Shown here: positions 54,149-62,499 of the stretch, in pieces
How the letters are laid out: every line of letters starts with the position of its first letter
Position numbering within the stretch: position 1 is the stretch's first letter
Assembly: GCA_934546935.1 (NCBI GenBank)
Contig: CAKTEH010000002.1
Span: 156,400-220,399 of the forward strand
Length of the DNA stretch: 64,000 nucleotides
DNA from: an uncultured Eubacteriales bacterium
Lineage (GTDB): Bacteria > Bacillota > Clostridia > Oscillospirales > QAMX01
Direction: 5' to 3'
Notes under the pieces: generated by a model
Database searches by the model: none
Seen by the model: the letters and a program-made list of their open reading frames with translations, nothing else
What the model was told of the DNA's origin: nothing
Made by a program: the position numbers and the translations under genes

Positions 54149-54934
54149 TTAGTCCTCCTTCAGGCCGAAGGCTTCGGCAAGAAGCTCAGTAAAATAGACG
54201 ACCGGCAGCTTCCCTTCGCCGTTTTTATCGAGATTATAGCGGCACAATGGACATGCTGTAACCAGCAGTTGTGCGCCGGCGCTGTCTGCGCTTTCAAGCA
54301 CCTGCATGCTTTTTTTCTTCGAAAGCGCCGTATCCTCAAGCGTCACATAGCCGCCGCAGCATTCGTTACGGTAGGGATATATAACCGGTTCAGCGCCGAT
54401 GGCACGGATAAAATCTTCGATAATGCGGGGGTTTTCCGGATCATCCATAGCCATGGCCTTCGACGGGCGAAGCAACAGGCATCCATAATATGCGCCAACC
54501 TTTTTCCCGGCCAGCGGCTTTTTCACCGCCGCACGCACCGCATCCCAGCCGATTTCATCGCGCAGAAGTTCCAGAAAATGCAGCACCCTCGTTTCCCCAT
54601 GATACGGCGCATCAGGGGCAATATAATTGTTTACACGCGAAGCAAAGGTTGCGTCAGTCTGCATGGCATGGTTGGTCTGCTTCAGCACGTTATGACAGGC
54701 AGAACAGACCGAAACAAGCGTCTGCCCATGCTTTGCCGCGTCGGCAAGGGCGCGCACACAGGAAAGCTTCGAGGCAATTTCGTCCGTGGCCATCGAAAAT
54801 ACGCCGCCGCAGCACTGCCAGGCTTCGATTTCTTCAAGCTCCACCCCAAGTGCGGCAGCACTTTTACGGGTATAAAGGTCGAGATCTTTGGCTTTTGTTT
54901 TCAACGTACAGCCGGGGAAGTAACTGACTTTCAT
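54149..54934 (-). CDS. hdrB: HdrB-like subunit with two CCG (Cys-rich) domains
   Basis: AGGAGGAA lies 9 nt before ATG 54934 (MKVSYFPGC). CCG motifs: EAWQCCGG and RNECCGGYV. Also VCSACH and TACPLC. Confidence 0.85.
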   Translation of the reverse strand: MKVSYFPGCTLKTKAKDLDLYTRKSAAALGVELEEIEAWQCCGGVFSMATDEIASKLSCVRALADAAKHGQTLVSVCSACHNVLKQTNHAMQTDATFASRVNNYIAPDAPYHGETRVLHFLELLRDEIGWDAVRAAVKKPLAGKKVGAYYGCLLLRPSKAMAMDDPENPRIIEDFIRAIGAEPVIYPYRNECCGGYVTLEDTALSKKKSMQVLESADSAGAQLLVTACPLCRYNLDKNGEGKLPVVYFTELLAEAFGLKED

Positions 54935-54960
54935 TTGCACGGTTTCCTCCTTTACTCCGG

Positions 54961-56337
54961 TCAAACCATCTGTTCCGGATGGAATACCTCGTCGAATTTC
55001 TCCGCGGTCAGGAAACCGAGTTCGACGCAGGCTTCTTTTAAGGAAATATTATCTTTAAACGCCTTCTTTGCGGTTTTCGCAGCATTTTCATAGCCAATAT
55101 AAGGATTCAGCGCCGTAACCAGCATCAGGGAGTTATGCAGGTTATGATGCATTTTTTCACGGTTGGCTGTAATGCCGGCAGCGCAGTTCTTGTTAAAGGA
55201 TACAATCGCTTCAGCCAAAAGCCGCGCCGACTGCAGGAAATTATAAATACATACCGGCATAAAAACATTGAGCTCAAAATTGCCCTGGCTTGCTGCAATA
55301 CCGACAGCCACATCATTGCCCATCACCTGCACCGCAACCATCGTCACCGCTTCGCACTGGGTTGGATTGACCTTGCCGGGCATAATGGACGAACCCGGCT
55401 CATTTTCCGGAATATGGATCTCGCCAAGGCCGTCGCGCGGGCCGGAGGCCAGCCAACGCACATCGTTGGCAATTTTCATCATATCCGCGGCCATCGCCTT
55501 GATTGCGCCATGGGCGAAAACCAACTCGTCTTTGGATGTCAGCGCATGGAATTTATTCGCAGCAGTGACAAAGGGCTTTCCGGTCAGCCCGGCAACTTTT
55601 TCAGCCACAAGCATATCAAAGCCCTCCGGCGCATTCAGTCCGGTACCTACGGCGGTGCCGCCGAGGGCAAGCTCGTGCAGCGGTTTTACCGCAAGCTTCA
55701 GCAATTCGACGTCGCGTTCAAGGGAAGAACGCCAGCCGGAGATTTCCTGGGAAAAGGTAATCGGCGTTGCATCCTGAAGATGGGTGCGGCCGGACTTGAC
55801 GATCCCCTCATTTTCCGCTTCCAGGCGGCGGAAAGTCGCGATCAGGGTTTCGGCGGCGGGGATCAGCTTATCTTCGATGGCGATCACCGCGGAAATATGC
55901 ATGGCGGTCGGGAAAGTATCGTTCGAAGATTGGCTCATATTGATATCGTCGTTGGGGTGGAGCAGCTTTTTCCCGGCGATTTCATTGCCACGGTTCGCGA
56001 TGACTTCATTGGCGTTCATATTCGACTGCGTGCCGGAGCCAGTCTGCCAGACAACCAGCGGGAAATGGCTGTTAAGCTTTCCGGAAATCACCTCGTCACA
56101 GGCCGCGCTGATGGCAGACAGCTTTTCATCGGTCATCTTTTCCGGCTTAAGCATATGGTTGGCCATTGCAGCCGCTTTCTTCAAAATGCCGAACGCATGG
56201 GTAATCTCACGGGGCATGGTTTCAATGTCCACACCGATTTCAAAATTCTCATGGCTGCGCTGGGTCTGCGCCGCCCAATAACGGTCGGCAGGGACCTTCA
56301 TTTCGCCCATGGAGTCATGTTCTATACGGTATTCCAT
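54961..56337 (-). CDS. fumC: Class II fumarate hydratase
   Basis: AAGGAGA RBS before ATG 56337. MEYRIEHDSMGEMKVPADRYWAAQTQRS.., signature GSSIMPGKVNPTQCE. Confidence 0.9.
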   Translation of the reverse strand: MEYRIEHDSMGEMKVPADRYWAAQTQRSHENFEIGVDIETMPREITHAFGILKKAAAMANHMLKPEKMTDEKLSAISAACDEVISGKLNSHFPLVVWQTGSGTQSNMNANEVIANRGNEIAGKKLLHPNDDINMSQSSNDTFPTAMHISAVIAIEDKLIPAAETLIATFRRLEAENEGIVKSGRTHLQDATPITFSQEISGWRSSLERDVELLKLAVKPLHELALGGTAVGTGLNAPEGFDMLVAEKVAGLTGKPFVTAANKFHALTSKDELVFAHGAIKAMAADMMKIANDVRWLASGPRDGLGEIHIPENEPGSSIMPGKVNPTQCEAVTMVAVQVMGNDVAVGIAASQGNFELNVFMPVCIYNFLQSARLLAEAIVSFNKNCAAGITANREKMHHNLHNSLMLVTALNPYIGYENAAKTAKKAFKDNISLKEACVELGFLTAEKFDEVFHPEQMV

Positions 56338-56480
56338 CTTTTTCTCCTTCTTTGTGCCCGGCCACAGCAAAACCGGCCGACCGATTTTTGCCTGCTCCAG
56401 TCCAGTTTACAAAAAAGCCGATCCGAAGCAGGCGCCCTTTCGGGTATTCTTTTTTAATCCATACCGCTGCGCGGCTGTTT

Positions 56481-57425
56481 TCAGATGTCCAGGTTATGGA
56501 TGACGTCTTTAAGGGTATTGGCGCTACGCTGCAGCTGTGCAAGCTCAGCCTCAGACATCGGCGCAAGAATCTTGCCAAGGATACCATCCTTATTCACCAC
56601 ATTGACCACGCTCAGGCAGACATCATCAATACCATACTCGCCATGCATCATAGTGGAAACCGTCAGGTTTGTGCCGACGCTGGCCAGCAGCGCTTTACAC
56701 AGATGGCATACGCCGACGGAAACGGCATAGAATGTCGCGCCCTTGCGCGCGATAACGCGGCCGCCGGATTTACGGACATAATTCTCAATATCGGCAAAGT
56801 CCAGTGCCGGGAACAGGCCTTCCATATTGGAAATTGAAGAATGATACTGGTCGATCGGTACGCTGGAGATATTGGCAAGCGACCACGGGACAAAGGAAGA
56901 ATCTCCGTGCTCGCCCATGACGTAAGCATGGACATTTGACTGGTTGATATTGTAATATTCCGCAACGCGTGCGCGCAGGCGCGCGGTGTCAAGAATCGTA
57001 CCGGAACCGACAATACGGTTTTCCGGAATACCGGAACATTTGCAGAAAGTATAAGTCAAAATGTCAACCGGGTTGGCAACAATGACGTACATAGCGTCCG
57101 GAGCATAGCGCACGATCTCCGGGATAATGCTCTTTACGATATTGACATTGGTCTGGGCAAGGTCAAGACGGGACTGCCCGGGCTTACGCGCGACGCCGGA
57201 GGTTAATACGACGATATCGGAATTTTCCGCATTGCGGTAGCTGCCGGCATAGATGGAACACGGCGGGCAGTAAGGCGTACCCTGGCGGATATCCAACGCC
57301 TCGCCAAGGGCTTTTTCATTGTTGATATCAATCAACACTATCTCGGATGCAATTCCGGTCACGGTCATGGTATAGGCAATCGTCGCACCTACATTTCCCG
57401 CGCCAATGATGGTAATTTTACTCAT
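56481..57425 (-). CDS. mdh: LDH/MDH-family L-2-hydroxyacid dehydrogenase; Arg at the substrate-specificity position predicts malate dehydrogenase
   Basis: GAGGAG RBS. KITIIGAGNVGAT. Loop SGVARKPGQSRLDL (R where LDHs have Q). VMGEHGDS. Confidence 0.75.
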   Translation of the reverse strand: MSKITIIGAGNVGATIAYTMTVTGIASEIVLIDINNEKALGEALDIRQGTPYCPPCSIYAGSYRNAENSDIVVLTSGVARKPGQSRLDLAQTNVNIVKSIIPEIVRYAPDAMYVIVANPVDILTYTFCKCSGIPENRIVGSGTILDTARLRARVAEYYNINQSNVHAYVMGEHGDSSFVPWSLANISSVPIDQYHSSISNMEGLFPALDFADIENYVRKSGGRVIARKGATFYAVSVGVCHLCKALLASVGTNLTVSTMMHGEYGIDDVCLSVVNVVNKDGILGKILAPMSEAELAQLQRSANTLKDVIHNLDI

Positions 57426-57464
57426 AGTCTCCTCTTCCTTTTCCTAGGCTTACATTCTGCGTTT

Positions 57465-57493
57465 ATTTTAACGGTTTCCGACATAAAAATCAA
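57465..57493 (-). promoter_or_regulatory. Candidate promoter of the mdh operon
   Basis: Minus strand: TTGATT, 17 nt, TAAAAT, about 40 nt upstream of ATG 57425. Confidence 0.5.
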
Positions 57494-57506
57494 ATGCGAA
57501 AGTTGC

Positions 57507-57530
57507 ATATCGATATATTTACATCGATAT
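57507..57530. repeat. Inverted repeat ATATCGAT-n8-ATCGATAT just upstream of the mdh -35 box
   Basis: Read directly: atatcgat atatttac atcgatat. Confidence 0.85.
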
Positions 57531-58099
57531 AAAGCCGCAGCCGACCATTTTCGAGAGGTATGGAGCTCCTTTACCCGAATCAGCTGGGCGCAGCTACATT
57601 TTTTTACGCGGGACACATATTGCGCCACTGTAGTTTTTATGGAAAACCGCTTCTCCTCAACAAATCTTTTATGGAATCTGCTTAAAAAAAACCAAATTCA
57701 TGCATTCTAAAGCATGTAACTCTTATTGTAAACCAAGCGCAGCTCTTTGTCAAGAAATTTGCCAATAAATGTGATATTTTCGCAAAAACAGAGATTTTTT
57801 CGAAAATAAAGGCAAATTTGGGAACGTTTACAAATCCCGAACTGCGGTATTCTGAAAATTAACTTTCCGGCATTTTGCAAGGCCCGAATTTTTTATATGC
57901 AAATCCCCCGCACATTTATACCGAATTGGAAAAAGACGGAGCCCCGCTGCTCCGCCCAGGCCCGCAATACCCGCCGTTTCCGTTTTCATCGGAAAGAAGG
58001 ATACATTAAATATTTTCCGCCTGCGTATTCTCTTTTCTTCTTAAAGCTGATACAATAAAAGAGAAGCGCAGGCCATAAAAAAACGACAGCCCCCTACCG

Positions 58100-58127
58100 C
58101 CGCACAGGAAAGCGCTGTGTGGTTTTT
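58100..58127 (+). terminator. Orphan terminator-like hairpin
   Basis: CCGCACAG-gaaagcg-CTGTGTGG (one G-U pair) followed by TTTTT. No plus-strand gene lies upstream. Confidence 0.4.
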
Positions 58128-58628
58128 AAACCTCAGAAGGAAGGGTATGGATCACTATCCCTGGCCCGATACACATCTTTGCGGCTTTCCAGACGCAGTT
58201 TCCGATTATAAAACCAAATGGGGCCGGCAGCGCTACAAGCCGGCAGAAAAATGTTTGCCGCCATCTGCCGCCCCAGCCAAAACAAACCGCCTATCAGAAC
58301 CGCCCGCCGGTAATGATTCAATGCAGCGCTGGCCTTTGCGCTTCAGCAGGAATATCCGGATATTCTTCTCGGCTTTTTATTCGGACAAGCGCTGCTGGAA
58401 TTCCATTTTTTAGATGGGGAAATCCCAAAACGCCGCCGGCCAATCTGCACCGCTATGCATATGAGCGGCCTTTGCAAATCCGGCCAAAGAAACTGCAAAA
58501 ACGGCTCCCAGCCAGGCCCCGCATCCGGACAAACACTTCACAATGCGAATCCGCAAACCGAGCCCGGTCCCGCGCACATATGGCAGACAAACCTGGCGGA
58601 CACGAATCAGAAAAAAGGAGGAGATCTC

Positions 58629-59771
58629 ATGATTATTCAAAATGCAAACGTATACGACGCGCTGCACCCCCAGCCCTATACTGCCGATATCCGTATAACG
58701 GATGGCAAGATTGCAGAAATCGCACCCGTATTGCGCCCCGCGGATGGCGAAGCGTGTTTCAACGCCGCCGGCCTGTGCGCCTATCCGGGTTTTATCGACG
58801 CGCACAGCCATCTCGGGCTGGACAACTACGGCATGGGCTACGAAGGACACGATTACAACGAAATGGGCGATATCGTTGCCGCACAGCTGCGCGCCGTCGA
58901 CAGCTTTAACCCGCAGGACGCTGCGATCCCCATGGCATTGGCCGGCGGCGTGACAACAGTCGGCACGGGCCCCGGCAGCGCCAATGTGCTCGGCGGCACC
59001 TTTATCGCTGTAAAAACCCACGGCAGCTGTGTTGACGACATGCTGGTGCGGGAAAGCGTTGCAATGAAATGCGCGTTCGGCGAGAACCCGAAGCGCTGCT
59101 ACCGCGACAAAGGAGATTCGGCGCGTATGACAACGGCAGCGAAACTGCGTGAAATGCTTTTCCTTGCGCGCGATTATATGCTGCGTTGTGAGGCTGCGGG
59201 GGATGATATAAGCAAGCGTCCCCGTTTCGATATAAAAATGGAAGCGCTGATCCCGGTGCTGCGCGGGGAAATCCCGCTGAAAGCGCACGCCCATCGCGCT
59301 GACGATATCTGCACAGCAATCCGCATTGCAAAGGAATTCGGCGTAAAGCTGACAATCGAACACTGTACCGAAGGACATCTGATCGTACCGGAGCTTGTCC
59401 GTGCAGGCTGGCCGGTTGCCGTCGGGCCAACGCTTACCAACGCTTCAAAGATCGAGCTTGTCAACAAAACTTTTGAGACACCGGGCATCCTCGCACGCGC
59501 CGGGCTGTGCGTCAGTATTATCACCGATGCGCCGGTCATCCCCGAACAGTATCTGCCGCTGTGTGCCGGGCTTGCCGTCAAAGCCGGGATGGATCCTTTC
59601 GATGCGTTACAGGCAATCACAATCAACCCTGCCCGCCACTTGGGCATCGAAAGCCGGGTTGGTTCCCTGGAAGCCGGAAAAGATGCGGACATTGTGCTGA
59701 CAGACGGCGACCCGATGGTAAGCAGCACGGCAATTAAAGTAGTCATCCTTAACGGAGTCCGCGTGATCTGA
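58629..59771 (+). CDS. Amidohydrolase family protein (metal-dependent)
   Basis: AAGGAGGAG RBS before ATG 58629. ..ITDGKIAEI.., GFIDAHSHLGLD (HxH), ..HAHRADDI.., ..GKDADIVL... Confidence 0.8.
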   Translation: MIIQNANVYDALHPQPYTADIRITDGKIAEIAPVLRPADGEACFNAAGLCAYPGFIDAHSHLGLDNYGMGYEGHDYNEMGDIVAAQLRAVDSFNPQDAAIPMALAGGVTTVGTGPGSANVLGGTFIAVKTHGSCVDDMLVRESVAMKCAFGENPKRCYRDKGDSARMTTAAKLREMLFLARDYMLRCEAAGDDISKRPRFDIKMEALIPVLRGEIPLKAHAHRADDICTAIRIAKEFGVKLTIEHCTEGHLIVPELVRAGWPVAVGPTLTNASKIELVNKTFETPGILARAGLCVSIITDAPVIPEQYLPLCAGLAVKAGMDPFDALQAITINPARHLGIESRVGSLEAGKDADIVLTDGDPMVSSTAIKVVILNGVRVI

Positions 59772-59810
59772 AGTTTTAAAGCATTAAATACCAAAATTGG
59801 AGGTAAGGAC

Positions 59811-61607
59811 ATGGATAAACAGCGCATACCCAAGCGCAGTGAGGTTCCGGAAGCGTATACCTGGAACACCGCAGATTTATTTGAAAGCAATGAGGCATGG
59901 CTCGCCGAATATGAGGCGCTGCGTAAACTCCCGGAAAGTATTTGCGCCTATTCCGGGACACTTGGCCGCAGCGCCGCAGACCTGCTGGCCTTCCTGCGCG
60001 CAGAGGATGAGATCAGCCTGCGGCTGCACCGCTTATACGGCTATGCAAGCCGGAAAAGCGACGAAGATACCGGAAACAGCTATTACCAGGATTTATGCGG
60101 AAAAGCCAGCGGCGTTTCTGTCGCCATTTCCAGCGCGGCGGCCTTTGCAACGCCGGAAATTATGGCAATCCCCGAGCAGACGCTTCAGGCTTTCTACCGC
60201 GATGAACCCGCGCTCGGGGTCTACCGCCGCAGCCTGTATAAGATCCGCCGCCGCGCGGCGCACATCCTTTCGCAGGAATGCGAGACGCTTCTCGCCGCTG
60301 CCGGAGAAATGGCGGACGCACCGGATAATATCGGCAGCGTTTTCCGCAATGCCGAGCTGCGTTTTCCATCCGTTGCCGATGCGCAGGGTATTGAGCATCC
60401 ACTGACCAACGGGTCCCTTGTCCCGCTCCTGGAAAACCCGGACGCAGATTTCCGCCGCCATGTTTTTGAAACGTACTATAATCGCTTGGGCGAATACAAG
60501 AATACCATCGCCATGACCCTTGACGCGCAGTTCAAGCAGTTGCGCTTCTTCGCCAGCGCCCGGAAATATGGAAGCACCCTGGAAGCGGCGCTCGACCGCA
60601 ACGAAGTCCCGGTTGCGGTATACCATAACCTGATTTCCGCCGTACATGCAAATCTGGACAAGATGTACCATTATGTTGCGCTGCGCAAGAAGATGCTGGG
60701 CGTCGGATCCCTGCACATGTATGACGTTTATACCCCGATTGTGGCTGACGCAGCGGAAACAATTTCTTTTGAGCAGGCCAAGAAAACCGTCTTAGAGGCG
60801 TTGGCCGTCCTGGGGGACGATTATCTCGCCATGCTCCGCGAGGGCTTCGAAAACCGTTGGATCGATGTTTACGAAAATACCGGCAAACGCTCCGGGGCCT
60901 ATTCCGCTGGCGGTACGCCGCATCCTTATGTCCTGCTCAATCACAAGGATAATCTTGACAGCATGTTTACTCTTGCGCATGAAATGGGCCATGCGCTGCA
61001 TAGCTACTTAAGCGTCAAAAGCCAACCGCCCTGCAACGCAAACTATGTCATTTTCGTCGCAGAGGTCGCTTCTACCTGCAACGAAATCCTCCTGATGCGG
61101 TACTTGCTGGACAAAACCTCCGACAGCCGGGCCCGCGCTTACCTGATCAACCATTTCCTCGACCAATTCAAAGGTACAGTTTACCGCCAGACGATGTTTG
61201 CCGAGTTTGAGCTGATGATGGGACGCATGTCCGAGCAGGGCGAAACGCTGACAGCCGATGTGTTAAGTGAGAAATATCATGCGCTCAACAAACTCTATTT
61301 CGGCCCGGATATGGTTTCCGACGACGGAATCGCGCTGGAATGGGCACGCATCCCACATTTCTTCTATAATTATTATGTGTTTCAGTATGCAACCGGCTTC
61401 TCTGCCGCTGTTGCAATCGCTTCCCGAATCCTTGCAGAGGGCGCGCCGGCAGTCGCCGATTATAAGCGTTTCCTCTCTGGTGGCGGGAGCGCCGACCCGA
61501 TCTCCCTTTTGAAAATCGCAGGCGTCGATATGTCCACACCGGAGCCTGTCAATGCAGCATTGAAGCTTTTCGGAGAGCTGATTGATGAAATGGAAGCGCT
61601 GCTTTAA
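59811..61607 (+). CDS. pepF: Oligoendopeptidase F (M3B)
   Basis: 598 aa with zinc motif HEMGHALH and TGGAGGT RBS. Confidence 0.9.
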   Translation: MDKQRIPKRSEVPEAYTWNTADLFESNEAWLAEYEALRKLPESICAYSGTLGRSAADLLAFLRAEDEISLRLHRLYGYASRKSDEDTGNSYYQDLCGKASGVSVAISSAAAFATPEIMAIPEQTLQAFYRDEPALGVYRRSLYKIRRRAAHILSQECETLLAAAGEMADAPDNIGSVFRNAELRFPSVADAQGIEHPLTNGSLVPLLENPDADFRRHVFETYYNRLGEYKNTIAMTLDAQFKQLRFFASARKYGSTLEAALDRNEVPVAVYHNLISAVHANLDKMYHYVALRKKMLGVGSLHMYDVYTPIVADAAETISFEQAKKTVLEALAVLGDDYLAMLREGFENRWIDVYENTGKRSGAYSAGGTPHPYVLLNHKDNLDSMFTLAHEMGHALHSYLSVKSQPPCNANYVIFVAEVASTCNEILLMRYLLDKTSDSRARAYLINHFLDQFKGTVYRQTMFAEFELMMGRMSEQGETLTADVLSEKYHALNKLYFGPDMVSDDGIALEWARIPHFFYNYYVFQYATGFSAAVAIASRILAEGAPAVADYKRFLSGGGSADPISLLKIAGVDMSTPEPVNAALKLFGELIDEMEALL

Positions 61608-61658
61608 GCGTCTCCCCTCGCTGAAAATCCCAGCCTGTACAGAAAAACCATACAAAAT

Positions 61659-61698
61659 AACATGCGCCCGCAGGGAAATTTCCCTGCGGGCGCATGTT
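61659..61698. terminator. Bidirectional terminator
   Basis: Perfect palindrome AACATGCGCCCGCAGGGAA-at-TTCCCTGCGGGCGCATGTT between convergent genes. Confidence 0.8.
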
Positions 61699-62210
61699 TA
61701 TTCTTCATTGTCCGGCCGGAAATACTGGCGATTGTTTGCCACAAGTTCCTTTAAGCCCTGATGGGACTGGTAAAATGCCTCAAGGCGTCCGGAAATCTCC
61801 GACCACTGTACGTCTGCCTGCCGCTGTGCCTGCTCGATCATCTGCGCAGCCTGCCTGCGCGCGTCTTCCTGCATGCGTTCACACTGCCGCTGCGTTTCCA
61901 GCAGTAGCCGCTCAGCATCCCGGCGGCTTTCCTCATCCCTCGCGGCACAGATTTCTTCCTGACGTTTTGAAAGTTCGCGGATATTTTCCAGATACTGCGA
62001 CGCCGCTTCCTGCGCCGCTTCAAAAACGCCATTAACCGATACGGCAGCTTCGGCTATCGACCCGGCATTTTCCAACTTTAGCTGCCTGTCAGCCAGTTTT
62101 TCCCCAGCAATACGCAGCTGGCAGTGCAGTTCCTCATTTTCCTGCATCACCTCCAGCAGACGCTTGCCAAGCGCAGCACGGCTCATCTTTTTCAATTCCC
62201 TATCTGTCAT
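61698..62210 (-). CDS. Coiled-coil protein of unknown function
   Basis: 170 aa, rich in Glu/Gln/Arg heptad-like sequence (..QENEELHCQLRIAGEKLADRQLKLEN.., ..RQCERMQEDARRQAAQMIEQAQRQ..). It is the only long ORF here. Confidence 0.6.
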   Translation of the reverse strand: MTDRELKKMSRAALGKRLLEVMQENEELHCQLRIAGEKLADRQLKLENAGSIAEAAVSVNGVFEAAQEAASQYLENIRELSKRQEEICAARDEESRRDAERLLLETQRQCERMQEDARRQAAQMIEQAQRQADVQWSEISGRLEAFYQSHQGLKELVANNRQYFRPDNEE

Positions 62211-62375
62211 ACAACCTTCCTCCCGCCGCTAGAATCCTGCCGCAATTTTATCGCATATTCCATGCAAAAGCTGTAAAATTCTGCAAAACCGGCATAGACC
62301 CAGCCGGCCTGGAAAATCTTTCCTATACTATACCGCGCAAAGCTCCGGCTTGTCAAGCGCCGCCATACCTGCATA

Positions 62376-62407
62376 TAAAAAACGCCGTGGGAACCTGTCC
62401 CACGGCG
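62376..62407 (-). terminator. Terminator of the solute-binding-protein gene
   Basis: Minus strand: CGCCGTGGGA-loop-TCCCACGGCG followed by TTTTTT. Confidence 0.7.
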
Positions 62408-62499
62408 CAAAAAGCATACGATCCTATTTCCGCCATCTTTCTCTTTTTTACTGGCGAATCTGTGTTCTTTTTTTATACCGGAAAAAACAAGGCGTCAGA

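Noticed and set aside
55135-56457. 440-aa ORF antisense to fumC. The same applies to 54014..55093, 49303..50406 and 6669..7733 opposite hdrB, the AsrA-like gene and serine hydrolase 2.
   Set aside because: The same reasoning applies. These are shadow ORFs of confidently identified genes.
58117-58413. 98-aa plus-strand ORF and 62-aa minus-strand ORF (58133..58321) in the long intergenic region
   Set aside because: Neither has an RBS. The plus-strand ORF starts inside the terminator-like hairpin. No family resemblance is visible. They are treated as possible remnants only.
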